64,000 nt of DNA from the NCBI GenBank assembly GCA_944358705.1, contig CALVRR010000003.1, positions 1,106 to 65,105 on the forward strand. The letters are read 5' to 3'. The stretch comes from an uncultured Bacilli bacterium (lineage in GTDB: Bacteria; Bacillota_I; Bacilli_A; RF39; UBA660). Made by a program: the position numbers and the translations under genes. Positions 45,903 to 55,051 of this stretch are shown piece by piece. Each line of letters begins with the position of its first letter. Within the stretch, counting starts at the first letter, position 1. The notes under the pieces are model-generated. The model saw nothing but the letters and a program-made list of their open reading frames with translations, was not told the origin of the DNA and ran no database searches.

Positions 45903-46337
45903 TTAATTATTAACTTTTTTTGTTCTTCTTTTTACTAATCCTACTCCACCAATTATCATACTGAATCCTAAGACAGTAAAAACAATTGAACTATCTGCCG
46001 CGGTGTTTGGTACTACAACATTATTTGTTGTACTTTCTTCCGTAGCAGGAGGGATTGTTTCTTCTGTACTTCCTTCTTCTGTTGTGGTAGAAGTATCATT
46101 TTCTTTTGTCTCTTCTGTTGTAGTATTATCTTTACTAGTAGTATCTTCTTCTCTCGTAGTTTCTACATCCAAAGTTGGTTCTTCTTTTTTTGTGTCTTTG
46201 GTCGTTTCTTCGGTATTATTTTTGTTTTCTACTTTTGATACGTCTGGTTCTGTGAATTTATTTACGACTGAAATAATTAATAGACCACCAGCTATGATTA
46301 ATACTAATAGAACAATATAACGAATATAATTTCTCAT
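45903..46337 (-). CDS. Small Thr/Glu-rich surface protein with a sortase-type C-terminal sorting signal (VPNTA variant)
   Basis: N-terminal signal/anchor, then a low-complexity T/E/K-rich region. This is followed by VVPNTAADS, a hydrophobic stretch (IVFTVLGFSMIIGGVGLV) and a KRRTKK tail. Confidence 0.6.
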   Translation of the reverse strand: MRNYIRYIVLLVLIIAGGLLIISVVNKFTEPDVSKVENKNNTEETTKDTKKEEPTLDVETTREEDTTSKDNTTTEETKENDTSTTTEEGSTEETIPPATEESTTNNVVVPNTAADSSIVFTVLGFSMIIGGVGLVKRRTKKVNN

Positions 46338-46394
46338 ACTTCCACCTCTTTTTAATTACTATATTATACTTGTTTTTTATAAAATTGCAAGCAT

Positions 46395-46931
46395 TTACAG
46401 ATTTTTTATTACTTTACAAGGATTTCCTACTGCTAGTACGTTGGAAGGGATATCTTTAGTTACTACACTTCCAGCTCCAATGGTTGTTCCATCTCCGATG
46501 GTTACTCCTGGTAAGATGGTAACATTTCCACCAATCCAGACGTTATTTCCTATTTTTACTGGAATGCCCTTTTCCAAATTTTTGTTTCTTCTTTCAATAT
46601 CTAATGGATGGGTTGCGGCATAAATATTTACATTTGGTCCAATAAAAACATTATCTCCAATGGTGACAGATGCGGTATCTAAAATAGTCAAATTATAATT
46701 GGCGTAGAAGTCTTTACCAATGTTAATAAAATATCCATAATCACAATGAAATGGTTGCTCTATCGTAAAATTTTCTCCAATACTATTTACGATTTTCTTC
46801 ATTAAGTTCCTTCTTTTTTCTAATTCCTCTGGATCTAATAAACTATATTTATGGCAAAGACTTTGTGTATGTATATGTTTTGCTTGCATTTCTTCGTCGT
46901 CTGCTAAATTAATATATTCTTCTTCCTTCAT
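46395..46931 (-). CDS. Hexapeptide-repeat O-acetyltransferase (maltose/galactoside acetyltransferase-like)
   Basis: The N-terminal Mac-like segment (M.A..I......C..Y) is followed by left-handed beta-helix repeats (IGDNVFIGPNVNI, IGNNVWIGGNVTILPGVTIGDGTTIGAGSVV). Confidence 0.8.
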   Translation of the reverse strand: MKEEEYINLADDEEMQAKHIHTQSLCHKYSLLDPEELEKRRNLMKKIVNSIGENFTIEQPFHCDYGYFINIGKDFYANYNLTILDTASVTIGDNVFIGPNVNIYAATHPLDIERRNKNLEKGIPVKIGNNVWIGGNVTILPGVTIGDGTTIGAGSVVTKDIPSNVLAVGNPCKVIKNL

Positions 46932-46987
46932 ATCTTATCCTCCTATCCGTATTATACCAAATAGTTACTGATACTTCTAGTTTCTAT

Positions 46988-48037
46988 TTATTTTTTACTT
47001 TCAGTGATAAGAGTTCTATATATTTCTATACAATCTTTAAAACTTTCTTTTTGTATTTTTTCGTCTTTTTGGTGAGCAGTGATTGGACCTGGTCCTAAAA
47101 TAATAATATTTTTGTCTGGAAAGAAAGAAGCTTCGGTTACATAGTTTAGGCCAATTGCTTTTTTATTTGTTATGGTTTCTATTTGTTTTATTACTTCTTT
47201 TTGGTCTGTTACTACGGCATTCAAATTATTTAATATATTTGCTCTTCCTTGATATTTTTTTGTTAGTTTTTCTATCTTATCTATGATTTTTTTATTATGT
47301 TCTTTCGTGATTGTACGAAAGTCAAAAGTAATTTCACAGGTATCTGGTACCTTATTTATTTCGTTTCCTCCATTTATCTTTGATAAGTTAAATGTAGTAT
47401 ATGGTACTTCGTATAATGATAATTTTTCTTTTCTTAGCTTGCTTGCAAAAGCTTTTAATTCTTTTATAAAATCTAATGCTTTATATAGCGCATTTTCTCC
47501 TAACTCCGGTGTAGATGAATGTGCACTTTTCCCATTAAAAGTAATACTAAATTCAATACATCCTTTATTCGCAATTGCTGGTACTAGGTCTGTTGGTTCT
47601 GGAAATATTAAGGTATCTGGTAAGTCTATATTACTTTTGATGAGTTCGTTGATACCTTTAAAACCAATCTCTTCATCGTAAGTAAAACAAAGCATAGAAG
47701 GAATATCTGTTGGAAGTGTTGTGACTGCTTCTAGTAAAGCAGCGGTTCCTCCCTTCATATCAGATACTCCTAATCCATAATAGTTATCTTTGTCTTCGGT
47801 TAATTTAAGTGCTTCTTTTGTCCAATAAATTGATTGATCTACGGTATCGGTATGACAACAGAAAGCTACTGCTGGGTTACCTCTTTTCGCAATTAACACT
47901 TTTTTCTTACCTTTCCCGATTTCTTGGAAATCAAAGTCTTTATCCTTTAGTAGGTTTTTGATATAAATTCTAATTTTTTCATTTTCTTTATCATTGATTG
48001 TATTTATTTCAATTAGATTTTTTAATATATTACTCAT
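46988..48037 (-). CDS. M20-family metallopeptidase/deacylase (ArgE/DapE-like)
   Basis: CCHTDTV and GVSDMKGG (Asp metal bridge), then EE..F.G. 349 aa. Overlaps the upstream GNAT stop by 1 nt. Confidence 0.8.
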   Translation of the reverse strand: MSNILKNLIEINTINDKENEKIRIYIKNLLKDKDFDFQEIGKGKKKVLIAKRGNPAVAFCCHTDTVDQSIYWTKEALKLTEDKDNYYGLGVSDMKGGTAALLEAVTTLPTDIPSMLCFTYDEEIGFKGINELIKSNIDLPDTLIFPEPTDLVPAIANKGCIEFSITFNGKSAHSSTPELGENALYKALDFIKELKAFASKLRKEKLSLYEVPYTTFNLSKINGGNEINKVPDTCEITFDFRTITKEHNKKIIDKIEKLTKKYQGRANILNNLNAVVTDQKEVIKQIETITNKKAIGLNYVTEASFFPDKNIIILGPGPITAHQKDEKIQKESFKDCIEIYRTLITESKK

Positions 48038-48840
48038 TATCTTTGCCCCTCTTTATTATAGTATGTTTTGGTATAACCTGATTTTTGTAAATCAATGACT
48101 GGGAAGATACGATCGTTCATAGCTCCGGTAGGATCTTCTTGCCAAGTATAGTTTCCGTTATTATTACTGTAGTCTAATCTTAGCCCAATTCCTCTAAACA
48201 GTTTTGAAGAATCGGAAGAATCTAGGTCTGGTCTTGTTGCTAGTAAAGAGATATATTGGTTAATAAAATCTTGTTTTTCTTCGATTGTTAGTTCTGGTAT
48301 TATGATTTTTTCTCCATTCTTTCTCTTTTTTCTATCTTCTTCTTGAACTCTTTCTATGGCACTTTCAAAAGATTCTTTTCTATCTTTTTTGAAGTATCTC
48401 ATAGCATTGGTACGGTAACCTAAAAGATTTTTGTTGCTTTGTAAAGAATTGATTATTTCTTTTCTTACTAATTCACTAGCGATATTTTGACCACGGTATT
48501 CTTTTGATACTCCTATTTCTTCAATATAACGAATTCTTTCTTGACCTTCTGTAATATATTTTTTCTGATCTTCTGGAATCGTATCTGTTGCGATTAAAAA
48601 TCCTACTACTTCATCTTTTATTTCTGGTGTCCAGATGGTTGTATTTGTTTTTACATAATCATCAATTACTTGCCTAGCTGTTTCTTCTGTCCAAGTTTCA
48701 TAAAATGGTTCTCCATTAAAAATATCACAGTAACATCTAGCTAGAGATTCTAGTTGTTTTGGTTCTACTAATTTAATTTTACAATTGTTTTTTATTTGTT
48801 CTTTTAACCATGTATTGTATAAGTTTTTAAAATTTATCAT
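48037..48840 (-). CDS. GNAT-family acetyltransferase-like protein (267 aa)
   Basis: IEEIGVSKEYRGQNIASELV has an RGxxIA acetyl-CoA loop. GGAG RBS. Confidence 0.6.
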   Translation of the reverse strand: MINFKNLYNTWLKEQIKNNCKIKLVEPKQLESLARCYCDIFNGEPFYETWTEETARQVIDDYVKTNTTIWTPEIKDEVVGFLIATDTIPEDQKKYITEGQERIRYIEEIGVSKEYRGQNIASELVRKEIINSLQSNKNLLGYRTNAMRYFKKDRKESFESAIERVQEEDRKKRKNGEKIIIPELTIEEKQDFINQYISLLATRPDLDSSDSSKLFRGIGLRLDYSNNNGNYTWQEDPTGAMNDRIFPVIDLQKSGYTKTYYNKEGQR

Positions 48841-48871
48841 ATTTTTCTCCTTTTAATTTAAATTTTTGTAA

Positions 48872-48902
48872 TAAAAAAGTTATAGACCTTGTGCCTATAA
48901 CC
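48872..48902 (-). terminator. Short terminator/attenuator hairpin about 20 nt upstream of the GNAT RBS
   Basis: Minus strand: GGTTATAG-gcacaaggt-CTATAAC followed by TTTTTTAT. The stem is only 7-8 bp and AT-rich. Confidence 0.4.
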
Positions 48903-48933
48903 TAATATTTTTTTATTATATTTATTTCGAATA

Positions 48934-48974
48934 GGTATCGACACAAGCATCACAAAATTGCCCTTGTCGATACC
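48934..48974 (-). other. Strong imperfect hairpin in the leader RNA
   Basis: Minus strand: GGTATCGACAAGGG-caattttgtgat-GCTTGTGTCGATACC. It begins 7 nt after the stop of the leader ORF and has no U-run. Confidence 0.5.
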
Positions 48975-48980
48975 ACGTTT

Positions 48981-49043
48981 TTAATGTCGTATTAACAAGC
49001 GCATAATTTTATGATGATGATGTCCAAATATTCTATTCATCAT
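48981..49043 (-). CDS. 20-codon leader ORF with four consecutive His codons
   Basis: AAAGGAAC-N7-ATG ATG AAT AGA ATA TTT GGA CAT CAT CAT CAT AAA ATT ATG CGC TTG TTA ATA CGA CAT TAA encodes MMNRIFGHHHHKIMRLLIRH. Confidence 0.35.
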   Translation of the reverse strand: MMNRIFGHHHHKIMRLLIRH

Positions 49044-49072
49044 AATATTCGTTCCTTTCTTTGGTTTCTAAT

Positions 49073-49101
49073 ACTTTATATTATTTTTCTATTTTTGTCA
49101 A
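49073..49101 (-). promoter_or_regulatory. Sigma-A-like promoter for the leader / GNAT-M20-acetyltransferase unit
   Basis: TTGACA (49101-49096), 17 nt, TAAAGT (49078-49073). Confidence 0.45.
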
Positions 49102-49115
49102 GTTCTCTATGAAAA

Positions 49116-49751
49116 CTATTTTTTTATGATTTCTTTTGGGGATGTTTTTGGTTTCTTCTTAAGCTTTGGGAAAGCGATTTCTTGGGATATTAAATCTAGA
49201 TAGTACGTTTCGTCATTTAGAGAAAAATAAGTTGCTGCATTGTTTGCTTGTGCTAATAATTTTTTTGTTGCTTCTAGACTACGATTCATTGTAGTTTCTA
49301 TACGATTGATGTCTTCTTCGGTAATTTGGATGGAATCAGCGTTTTCCTCTTTGCTATGGATAAGTGTAATCTCATATTTTTCTAATAAACGTTCTAATTC
49401 TTGATTCTTTTTTCTTGGGTTTGTTTCTTGTTGTGTAGAATACATTCCGATACATTCCACTATTTTGCAACAATCTAATCCTCTTCTTCTACAAAGTTCT
49501 AACGCTTTTTGGTATATTTCATGATTTTTCTTTGCTCCTTCTAGGACTACATCTAAAAACTCTTCTTTATCTTCTGTGGTTATTGGTGCAATATACATCT
49601 GAGAAGTTGTTGCAATTTTTTTAATATCTATCAAAGCATCTTTCCAATTAGGAATTTGACAAGATAAAAAAATTCCTCTAACGTCTTCATAATCTTTGAA
49701 TTTTTCTAGAACTGTTGTAGGTTCATAAGTTACTTTTTCTTCTCTTTTCAT
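49116..49751 (-). CDS. Hypothetical cytoplasmic protein, paralog of ORF 49782..50408
   Basis: Start taken at MKREEK after GGAGG. It shares colinear segments with its neighbour: ALELCRRRGLDCCKIVECIGMY vs AFELCKKTGITYGNLIRYIEQY, and LERLLEKYEITLI vs LETLLEENKISLL. Confidence 0.5.
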   Translation of the reverse strand: MKREEKVTYEPTTVLEKFKDYEDVRGIFLSCQIPNWKDALIDIKKIATTSQMYIAPITTEDKEEFLDVVLEGAKKNHEIYQKALELCRRRGLDCCKIVECIGMYSTQQETNPRKKNQELERLLEKYEITLIHSKEENADSIQITEEDINRIETTMNRSLEATKKLLAQANNAATYFSLNDETYYLDLISQEIAFPKLKKKPKTSPKEIIKK

Positions 49752-49781
49752 ATTTGCCTCCATAATAAAATTATTTTGTTT

Positions 49782-50408
49782 CTATTTCTTGGCAGGAAGT
49801 GTTTCTTTTCTTATTTGATAATACTTTCCTTTTTGTTCTTTTTTTATAGCAAGCGGAATTTGTATAGAATCAGCAACGGACTCTAGGAAATCATTTGTAT
49901 TTATTTCTTTTAAATAGGTTTCTTTCTTGGATGCCATAGAATTTATTCTTTCTAGTTCTTGATATGTTCTACTATAGGCTATCCCTATTCTATATATATC
50001 TTCTCCTTTGATTTGAATGATAGGACTATCACTCGTATTTAAAAGGGAGATTTTATTTTCTTCTAGTAAAGTTTCTAGCTTTTTTTCTTCTTCCTCTGAA
50101 CAGTTTCCTGGATATTGTTCTATATATCTTATTAAATTCCCATAAGTAATTCCTGTTTTTTTGCATAATTCAAAAGCTCTTTGACATAATAGATAATTGT
50201 TTACAATTCGTTTGTTAAGGGCTTCTAGATTTCCTTCGTAGGAATCTTTGTTTTCCAATACTTCCCTTTCTAATCTAAAATATAGAGAATCAAAAGGGAT
50301 ATAGTCGGTCATATAAATTATTTCTTGTAGTTCTTCATAATCAAGAACGCAGTCCCTTATTTTTTGATGAGGATAAAATTTATCTAATTCATATGTGTCA
50401 AATGTCAT
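49782..50408 (-). CDS. Hypothetical cytoplasmic protein, paralog of ORF 49116..49751
   Basis: Start taken at ATG (MTFDTYEL) after AGAGGTGA. The track start is a GTG inside the RBS. Confidence 0.5.
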   Translation of the reverse strand: MTFDTYELDKFYPHQKIRDCVLDYEELQEIIYMTDYIPFDSLYFRLEREVLENKDSYEGNLEALNKRIVNNYLLCQRAFELCKKTGITYGNLIRYIEQYPGNCSEEEEKKLETLLEENKISLLNTSDSPIIQIKGEDIYRIGIAYSRTYQELERINSMASKKETYLKEINTNDFLESVADSIQIPLAIKKEQKGKYYQIRKETLPAKK

Positions 50409-50424
50409 TTTCTTCACCTCTTAT

Positions 50425-51420
50425 TTATATATTATCATGAAGGGAACTTTTTGGAAAAATAATTTTTACGGTTGTTGATTTTCCTTTCTGACTATCAAGT
50501 GTAATGTTTAGATTGAGTCTTTTACATAGTTTTTTCGATAAATATAATCCCATTCCTGTAGAGTGTTCTTTTTTACGATTACTTCCGGTAAAACCTTTTT
50601 CGAAGACTCTAGGCAAATCACTTTCTTTGATACCACATCCGTTGTCTTTTATTTCTAAAGTGACTTGATTTTTTGATTCATATCCAGTAATTTCTATTTT
50701 CTTTTCTTTTTTGTCCATATATTTGTATGCGTTATTTATAATTTGATTGATAATAAATATTACCCATTTTTCGTCGGTTGCGACAAATAAGTCTAAATTG
50801 TTGGTTTCCACCCGAATTTTCTTTTTTAATAAATAATCTTTGTTTTGCATTAATACTTGGTGAATTATCTCAGATAACTTTATTTTCTTTACAAAATAGT
50901 CTTTTTCAGTTGCTTCACTTCTGGCATAAAATAGTACTTGCTCTACTAAATTATCCATTTTCTTTACTTCTTCTTTTAATTCACTATCCTTTTTATTATC
51001 ACTATATAAAGAAAGAGCTGCAAGCGGAGTTTTTATTTCATGAACAAAACTTTCGATATATTCTTCATAATCTTGATATTTATGTTCTAATTCTGTTATT
51101 TTATCATTCATAGATTTGGTAGCTTTTTTTAAGACATAGTAGTAAGCTTCATTTTCTATATTTTTTGGTTTTTTTAATAGTTCAGAGGCTAAATATTTTT
51201 CTTCTAACTTATCTACTATCTTTTTAATTTCTTTATTTTTCTTTTTAGAAAAGTGATAACTAACTATTATATAAATTATTAGTAATATACAATATAATAT
51301 GAAAGAAAAAATTAAAAAAGTAGTATCCATGTCTAATAGAAACATAGTTACTAATCCAAGTAAAACAAAGGTGGTATACCACAGAATTAACCATATTTTT
51401 TCTTCTATATATTCTAGCAT
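50425..51420 (-). CDS. Intramembrane-sensing histidine kinase (BceS-like)
   Basis: Two N-terminal TM helices with almost no extracellular loop. HEIKTPLAAL (H-box), NAYKY (N-box), DNGCGI and GMGLYL. Confidence 0.8.
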   Translation of the reverse strand: MLEYIEEKIWLILWYTTFVLLGLVTMFLLDMDTTFLIFSFILYCILLIIYIIVSYHFSKKKNKEIKKIVDKLEEKYLASELLKKPKNIENEAYYYVLKKATKSMNDKITELEHKYQDYEEYIESFVHEIKTPLAALSLYSDNKKDSELKEEVKKMDNLVEQVLFYARSEATEKDYFVKKIKLSEIIHQVLMQNKDYLLKKKIRVETNNLDLFVATDEKWVIFIINQIINNAYKYMDKKEKKIEITGYESKNQVTLEIKDNGCGIKESDLPRVFEKGFTGSNRKKEHSTGMGLYLSKKLCKRLNLNITLDSQKGKSTTVKIIFPKSSLHDNI

Positions 51421-52085
51421 CCTAATTTATATCCTTTCTTCCGTATGGTTCTAATAAAGTCTTGTAGGCCTATTTCTTCTAATTTTTTTCGAAGCCTATT
51501 TATATTTACAGTTAATATATTATCATCTAAATAATATTTTTCATTCCATAAGTAATCTAATAATTCTTCTTTAGAAATAATCTTTTCTGGATTTGTAAAA
51601 AAGTAATAAAGTATTCTAAATTCATTTCTTGTAAGCTCTATTGTATTATTTTGATATTTTACAAGAGATAGATGTAAATCTAGAGTAACTCCATTTAATT
51701 TTATTTCCTTATATTGAATTGGGTCTTGTTTTTTCATAATTCTTTTTATTTTTTCTAATAAAATATCTTTATTGTAAGGTTTCGTAATAAAGTCATCCCC
51801 ACCGGATAGAATACTTTTTAATTCATCTTCTTCCTTGGTACAACTGGTAACAAAAATAATAGGTACTGATTCCTTTTCTTTTACTTGTCTACAAATTTCA
51901 AATCCGTTTTGATTTGGTAAATTAATGTCCAATAATACTAAGGCTTTATCTATTTTATTTATTTTTTCTATTAAGTCTTCTTGTATAAAGTCTTCTATTA
52001 ATTCTACTTTATAGTTATTTGTTTCTAATAAAGTTTTTAATTCTTGTCTTATTTTGCTGTCGTCTTCAACAATTAATATTTTCAT
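51414..52085 (-). CDS. OmpR-family response regulator (BceR-like)
   Basis: Receiver domain (ILIVEDD, LLDINLP, KP) plus a winged-helix output domain (LTRNEFRILYYF, VNINRLRKKL). Confidence 0.85.
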   Translation of the reverse strand: MKILIVEDDSKIRQELKTLLETNNYKVELIEDFIQEDLIEKINKIDKALVLLDINLPNQNGFEICRQVKEKESVPIIFVTSCTKEEDELKSILSGGDDFITKPYNKDILLEKIKRIMKKQDPIQYKEIKLNGVTLDLHLSLVKYQNNTIELTRNEFRILYYFFTNPEKIISKEELLDYLWNEKYYLDDNILTVNINRLRKKLEEIGLQDFIRTIRKKGYKLGC

Positions 52086-52125
52086 ATGTCCTCCTAGTTG
52101 ATTTGATATCTATTAGTTTTCTTTA

Positions 52126-52951
52126 TTATACCATATATTTAGATAGTAATTTTTTAAATATTATATAGGAGATAATTGCTCCTGCTAGGTTTAATATAAT
52201 ATCATCAATATTAAACATACCTACATTTAATAATAGTTGTAACAGTTCTTTGATGATGGAAATAGTAAGACAGATTACTATAAGTTTTTTATTTTTTAGT
52301 TTTTGGAAATAAAATTGATAAAAATAAACCTAATGGTATAAATAGTATTATATCTAAGATTAAGTAATTAAATACATAGTAAAGTCCTTGGGATTTTGTT
52401 AATAAAAGAGTTATAGTTTCTATGATTGAAGTGAATGGAATTATGTTAGATTTTATATTTAATTCTGGATAAATTGTACCTGTTGTTAGTTTTGTATAAA
52501 ATATGGTTGATAGTAAAAATACAATATATAAAATAAATAGTATCCAAGTTACTTCTTTTTTTAATTTTTGATTGTTTTCTTTTTTTATAAATAATAAATA
52601 TGCTATTAGTAAAAATATTGATCCTATAAAGATATAATCTGTTCTAAAACAAGATATCATTAGAGAAAAACAAATAATTATTATAGGCATTAAAAGGCAT
52701 AATACAATGATTATTTTATCAGCTATACTTAAACCTTCTTTGTGTTCTTCTCCAGATAATACATCTGATATACTTAACCCTAATATATTACTTAAGTCTT
52801 GTAATAGAGAGATATCTGGTGCTCCTAGTCCTCTTTCCCATTTAGAAATCGCTCTATCCGTGATATGAAGTTTGTCTGCTAGTTCTTGTTGAGTCATGTT
52901 TTTTTCTAACCTTTTCTTTTTTATTAATAGTCCTACTTTTTTACAATCCAT
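52126..52951 (-). pseudogene. XRE-HTH / VanZ-domain membrane protein, VanZ domain split by a frameshift in an A-run
   Basis: The intact ORF 52289..52951 contains HTH (MTQQELADKLHITDRAISKWERG), TM helices and the VanZ N-half (NIIPFTSI, ILDIILFIPLG), and ends ...FPKTKK*. A different frame continues LIVICLTISIIKELLQLLLNVGMFNIDDIILNLAGAIISYIIF (VanZ C-half), stopping at 52126. The junction lies in AAAAAATAAAAAAC. Confidence 0.55.
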
Positions 52952-53022
52952 AGTATCACCTCTTATCCAAAGTATAACTTATCTTTTTATCTTTTTGCAC
53001 CAAACGATACGTTGAGTGTATG

Positions 53023-53043
53023 AAAAAAACTCCTTGAGGAGTT
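53023..53043 (-). terminator. Rho-independent terminator overlapping the permease stop codon
   Basis: Minus strand: AACTCC-tcaa-GGAGTT followed by TTTTTTT. Confidence 0.55.
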
Positions 53044-55051
53044 ATTCTTCAATATTATTTTTAAATGTTATATAGGTTGCGATATAGTAGATTCCATAAA
53101 TGATTGCAAAAATTCCTATAGTTATTAGAATAGAAGTTAAATAGTTCATGTTGGCACTAGTTATTGCATAAAATAGTCGGTTGATTGAGAAAGATGTTGC
53201 AATCGCAATAATGATTGGATATAGTGCTGGGAATAAGAAATTACAAGTAATTTGTTTTCTTATTGTTTTTTTGATATTTTTCTCTTCTACTCCTAGTTTT
53301 TTTAATAGTTTATATTGATATTTATTTTTATTCGAATCACTTAGAGTTTGGATTGATAAAATTGTACCTACTACCGTGATAAAAATAATACTAACATATA
53401 ATAAAGAGAACGAAAATATAGTCATGGCTGTTTTGTTGGATGACTCATAATATCCTCTTACTGTTACCGGGAAATAAACAAAATAAGAGTCACCATCTTT
53501 AAATTCATAATATCCTAGTTTTTCTAGTTTTGTATTGTCTGATTCTGTCGTTTCTTCTTTTGTATCGAAGGCATAAAGTTCTGTTACTACTTGCATGTTT
53601 TTCGCAATATTATCTGGTATTACTATTAAAAAGCTATTTCCTGTTGACCAACCTAGACGAAAGTTTTCTATGGTTGTACTTTTTAATGATAACTTCTTGC
53701 CATTGATTGTAATATCGTCTTTTTCTTTTTCAATTTCTTTTAAATATTTTTGAACAGTTTTATCTCCAGTTACAAAGTATTCGTTTTCTTTTAGATGAAT
53801 CGGTTTTTCTCCTAACATTTCTAATAATTTATTATAGTCTGATGCTTTTAAATAAGTATCATAGTCATATAAACCATTATTGCCGATGTCTTTAATATGT
53901 TTTGCTACTTGATGATTTTGGAGTGTTAGAATTTGATAGTGTAATTCCTCTTCTATTTCATAGTTTTCATGGATGTAATCGATATATTCCCATGCTTTCT
54001 TTCTATTATCTTGTTTTCCTGTCCAACTTTCTTCAACGTCGCTATACATTCCTTCTACTAGAATATCGTATGGCGCTTGTTGTTCTATATTATTTTCAAA
54101 AGCATCTTTCATGATAAATGACATATTCATACAGACTAAAGTTAAAGTAATTAATAAAGATAATGTTCCTAAAGTAAAACCAATGGTTCTTGACTTTGCT
54201 TCAAAGTTTTTCGCAACAAATAAATTATCTTTACTATATTTCATTTTTCTTCTTTTATTAATAAATGCTAGAATAAAATCTCCTAATGTGAAGGTAATTC
54301 CATAAATACTGATAATTAATAATAGAATTGATATTCCTAAATAACTAACCATACTAGGGTCATTTGAAATTATAAATGCATAATCACATAGATATAGCCC
54401 TAATATTCCTAAGATAACAAAAATAATAAATAAAATATTTCTATATTTCTTCCTCTTCCATATTTTTTCTTCGTTTTTCTTCTCTAAATATAATAAGTCA
54501 TGAATTTTCATTTTCTTCATTCTTCTACTACTTCTAAATAAAGTAAATAGATAAATTAATATGAAATATAATGTTGATAAAAGTACTGGTGTTAAAGTTA
54601 TGGATAATTTTATTTTATATGGCATTTCAAATAAGTTCATAACAACTGCGGAAATGATATTTCCTAATACTGTACCGACAAAGAAGGATATGACAAAAGA
54701 AATTAATCCTAATACAATGTTTTCCGATAGGAACATTTTATTGATATCTTTCTTTTCTATCCCTAATAACATGTAGGTACCAAATTCTTTACTTCTTTTT
54801 TCAAACATAAATTTCATAGTATAGTTAATTAACCAAGCTATTACAAAAACAATAATACAACTAACAAAAATAATTGCATACTTTAAATTTTCCATCATTT
54901 CTGATAACTGTGTAATATCACTAGAGAAGGATACAAAATTAAAGGCAAAGATAAGAGAGAATGCCATGACTACCGTTATGATATAGATTAGATAGTCTTT
55001 TAAACTTCTTTTTACGTTACGAATCGCTAATTTACTTAACACTTGCAACAT
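53042..55051 (-). CDS. BceB-type ABC permease (FtsX-domain, 10 TM, large extracellular domain)
   Basis: About 669 aa. The N-terminus MLQVLSKLAIRNVKRS is typical. Two FtsX-like 4-TM blocks are separated by a soluble domain of about 200 aa. Overlaps the ATPase stop. Confidence 0.85.
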   Translation of the reverse strand: MLQVLSKLAIRNVKRSLKDYLIYIITVVMAFSLIFAFNFVSFSSDITQLSEMMENLKYAIIFVSCIIVFVIAWLINYTMKFMFEKRSKEFGTYMLLGIEKKDINKMFLSENIVLGLISFVISFFVGTVLGNIISAVVMNLFEMPYKIKLSITLTPVLLSTLYFILIYLFTLFRSSRRMKKMKIHDLLYLEKKNEEKIWKRKKYRNILFIIFVILGILGLYLCDYAFIISNDPSMVSYLGISILLLIISIYGITFTLGDFILAFINKRRKMKYSKDNLFVAKNFEAKSRTIGFTLGTLSLLITLTLVCMNMSFIMKDAFENNIEQQAPYDILVEGMYSDVEESWTGKQDNRKKAWEYIDYIHENYEIEEELHYQILTLQNHQVAKHIKDIGNNGLYDYDTYLKASDYNKLLEMLGEKPIHLKENEYFVTGDKTVQKYLKEIEKEKDDITINGKKLSLKSTTIENFRLGWSTGNSFLIVIPDNIAKNMQVVTELYAFDTKEETTESDNTKLEKLGYYEFKDGDSYFVYFPVTVRGYYESSNKTAMTIFSFSLLYVSIIFITVVGTILSIQTLSDSNKNKYQYKLLKKLGVEEKNIKKTIRKQITCNFLFPALYPIIIAIATSFSINRLFYAITSANMNYLTSILITIGIFAIIYGIYYIATYITFKNNIEE

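Noticed and set aside
46003-46320. Plus-strand 105-aa Val/Ser-rich ORF.
   Set aside because: It is the mirror image of the Thr/Glu-rich low-complexity region of the sortase-substrate gene on the minus strand.
5013-51113. The many other plus-strand track ORFs embedded in minus-strand genes, for example 5238..5573, 7132..7389, 8151..8408, 9209..9466, 22885..23097, 27510..27761, 43590..43808, 47283..47681 and 50778..51113.
   Set aside because: Each is fully contained in a minus-strand gene that has recognisable motifs and an RBS. They are hydrophobic, low-complexity translations with no RBS, as expected for antisense frames of AT-rich coding DNA.
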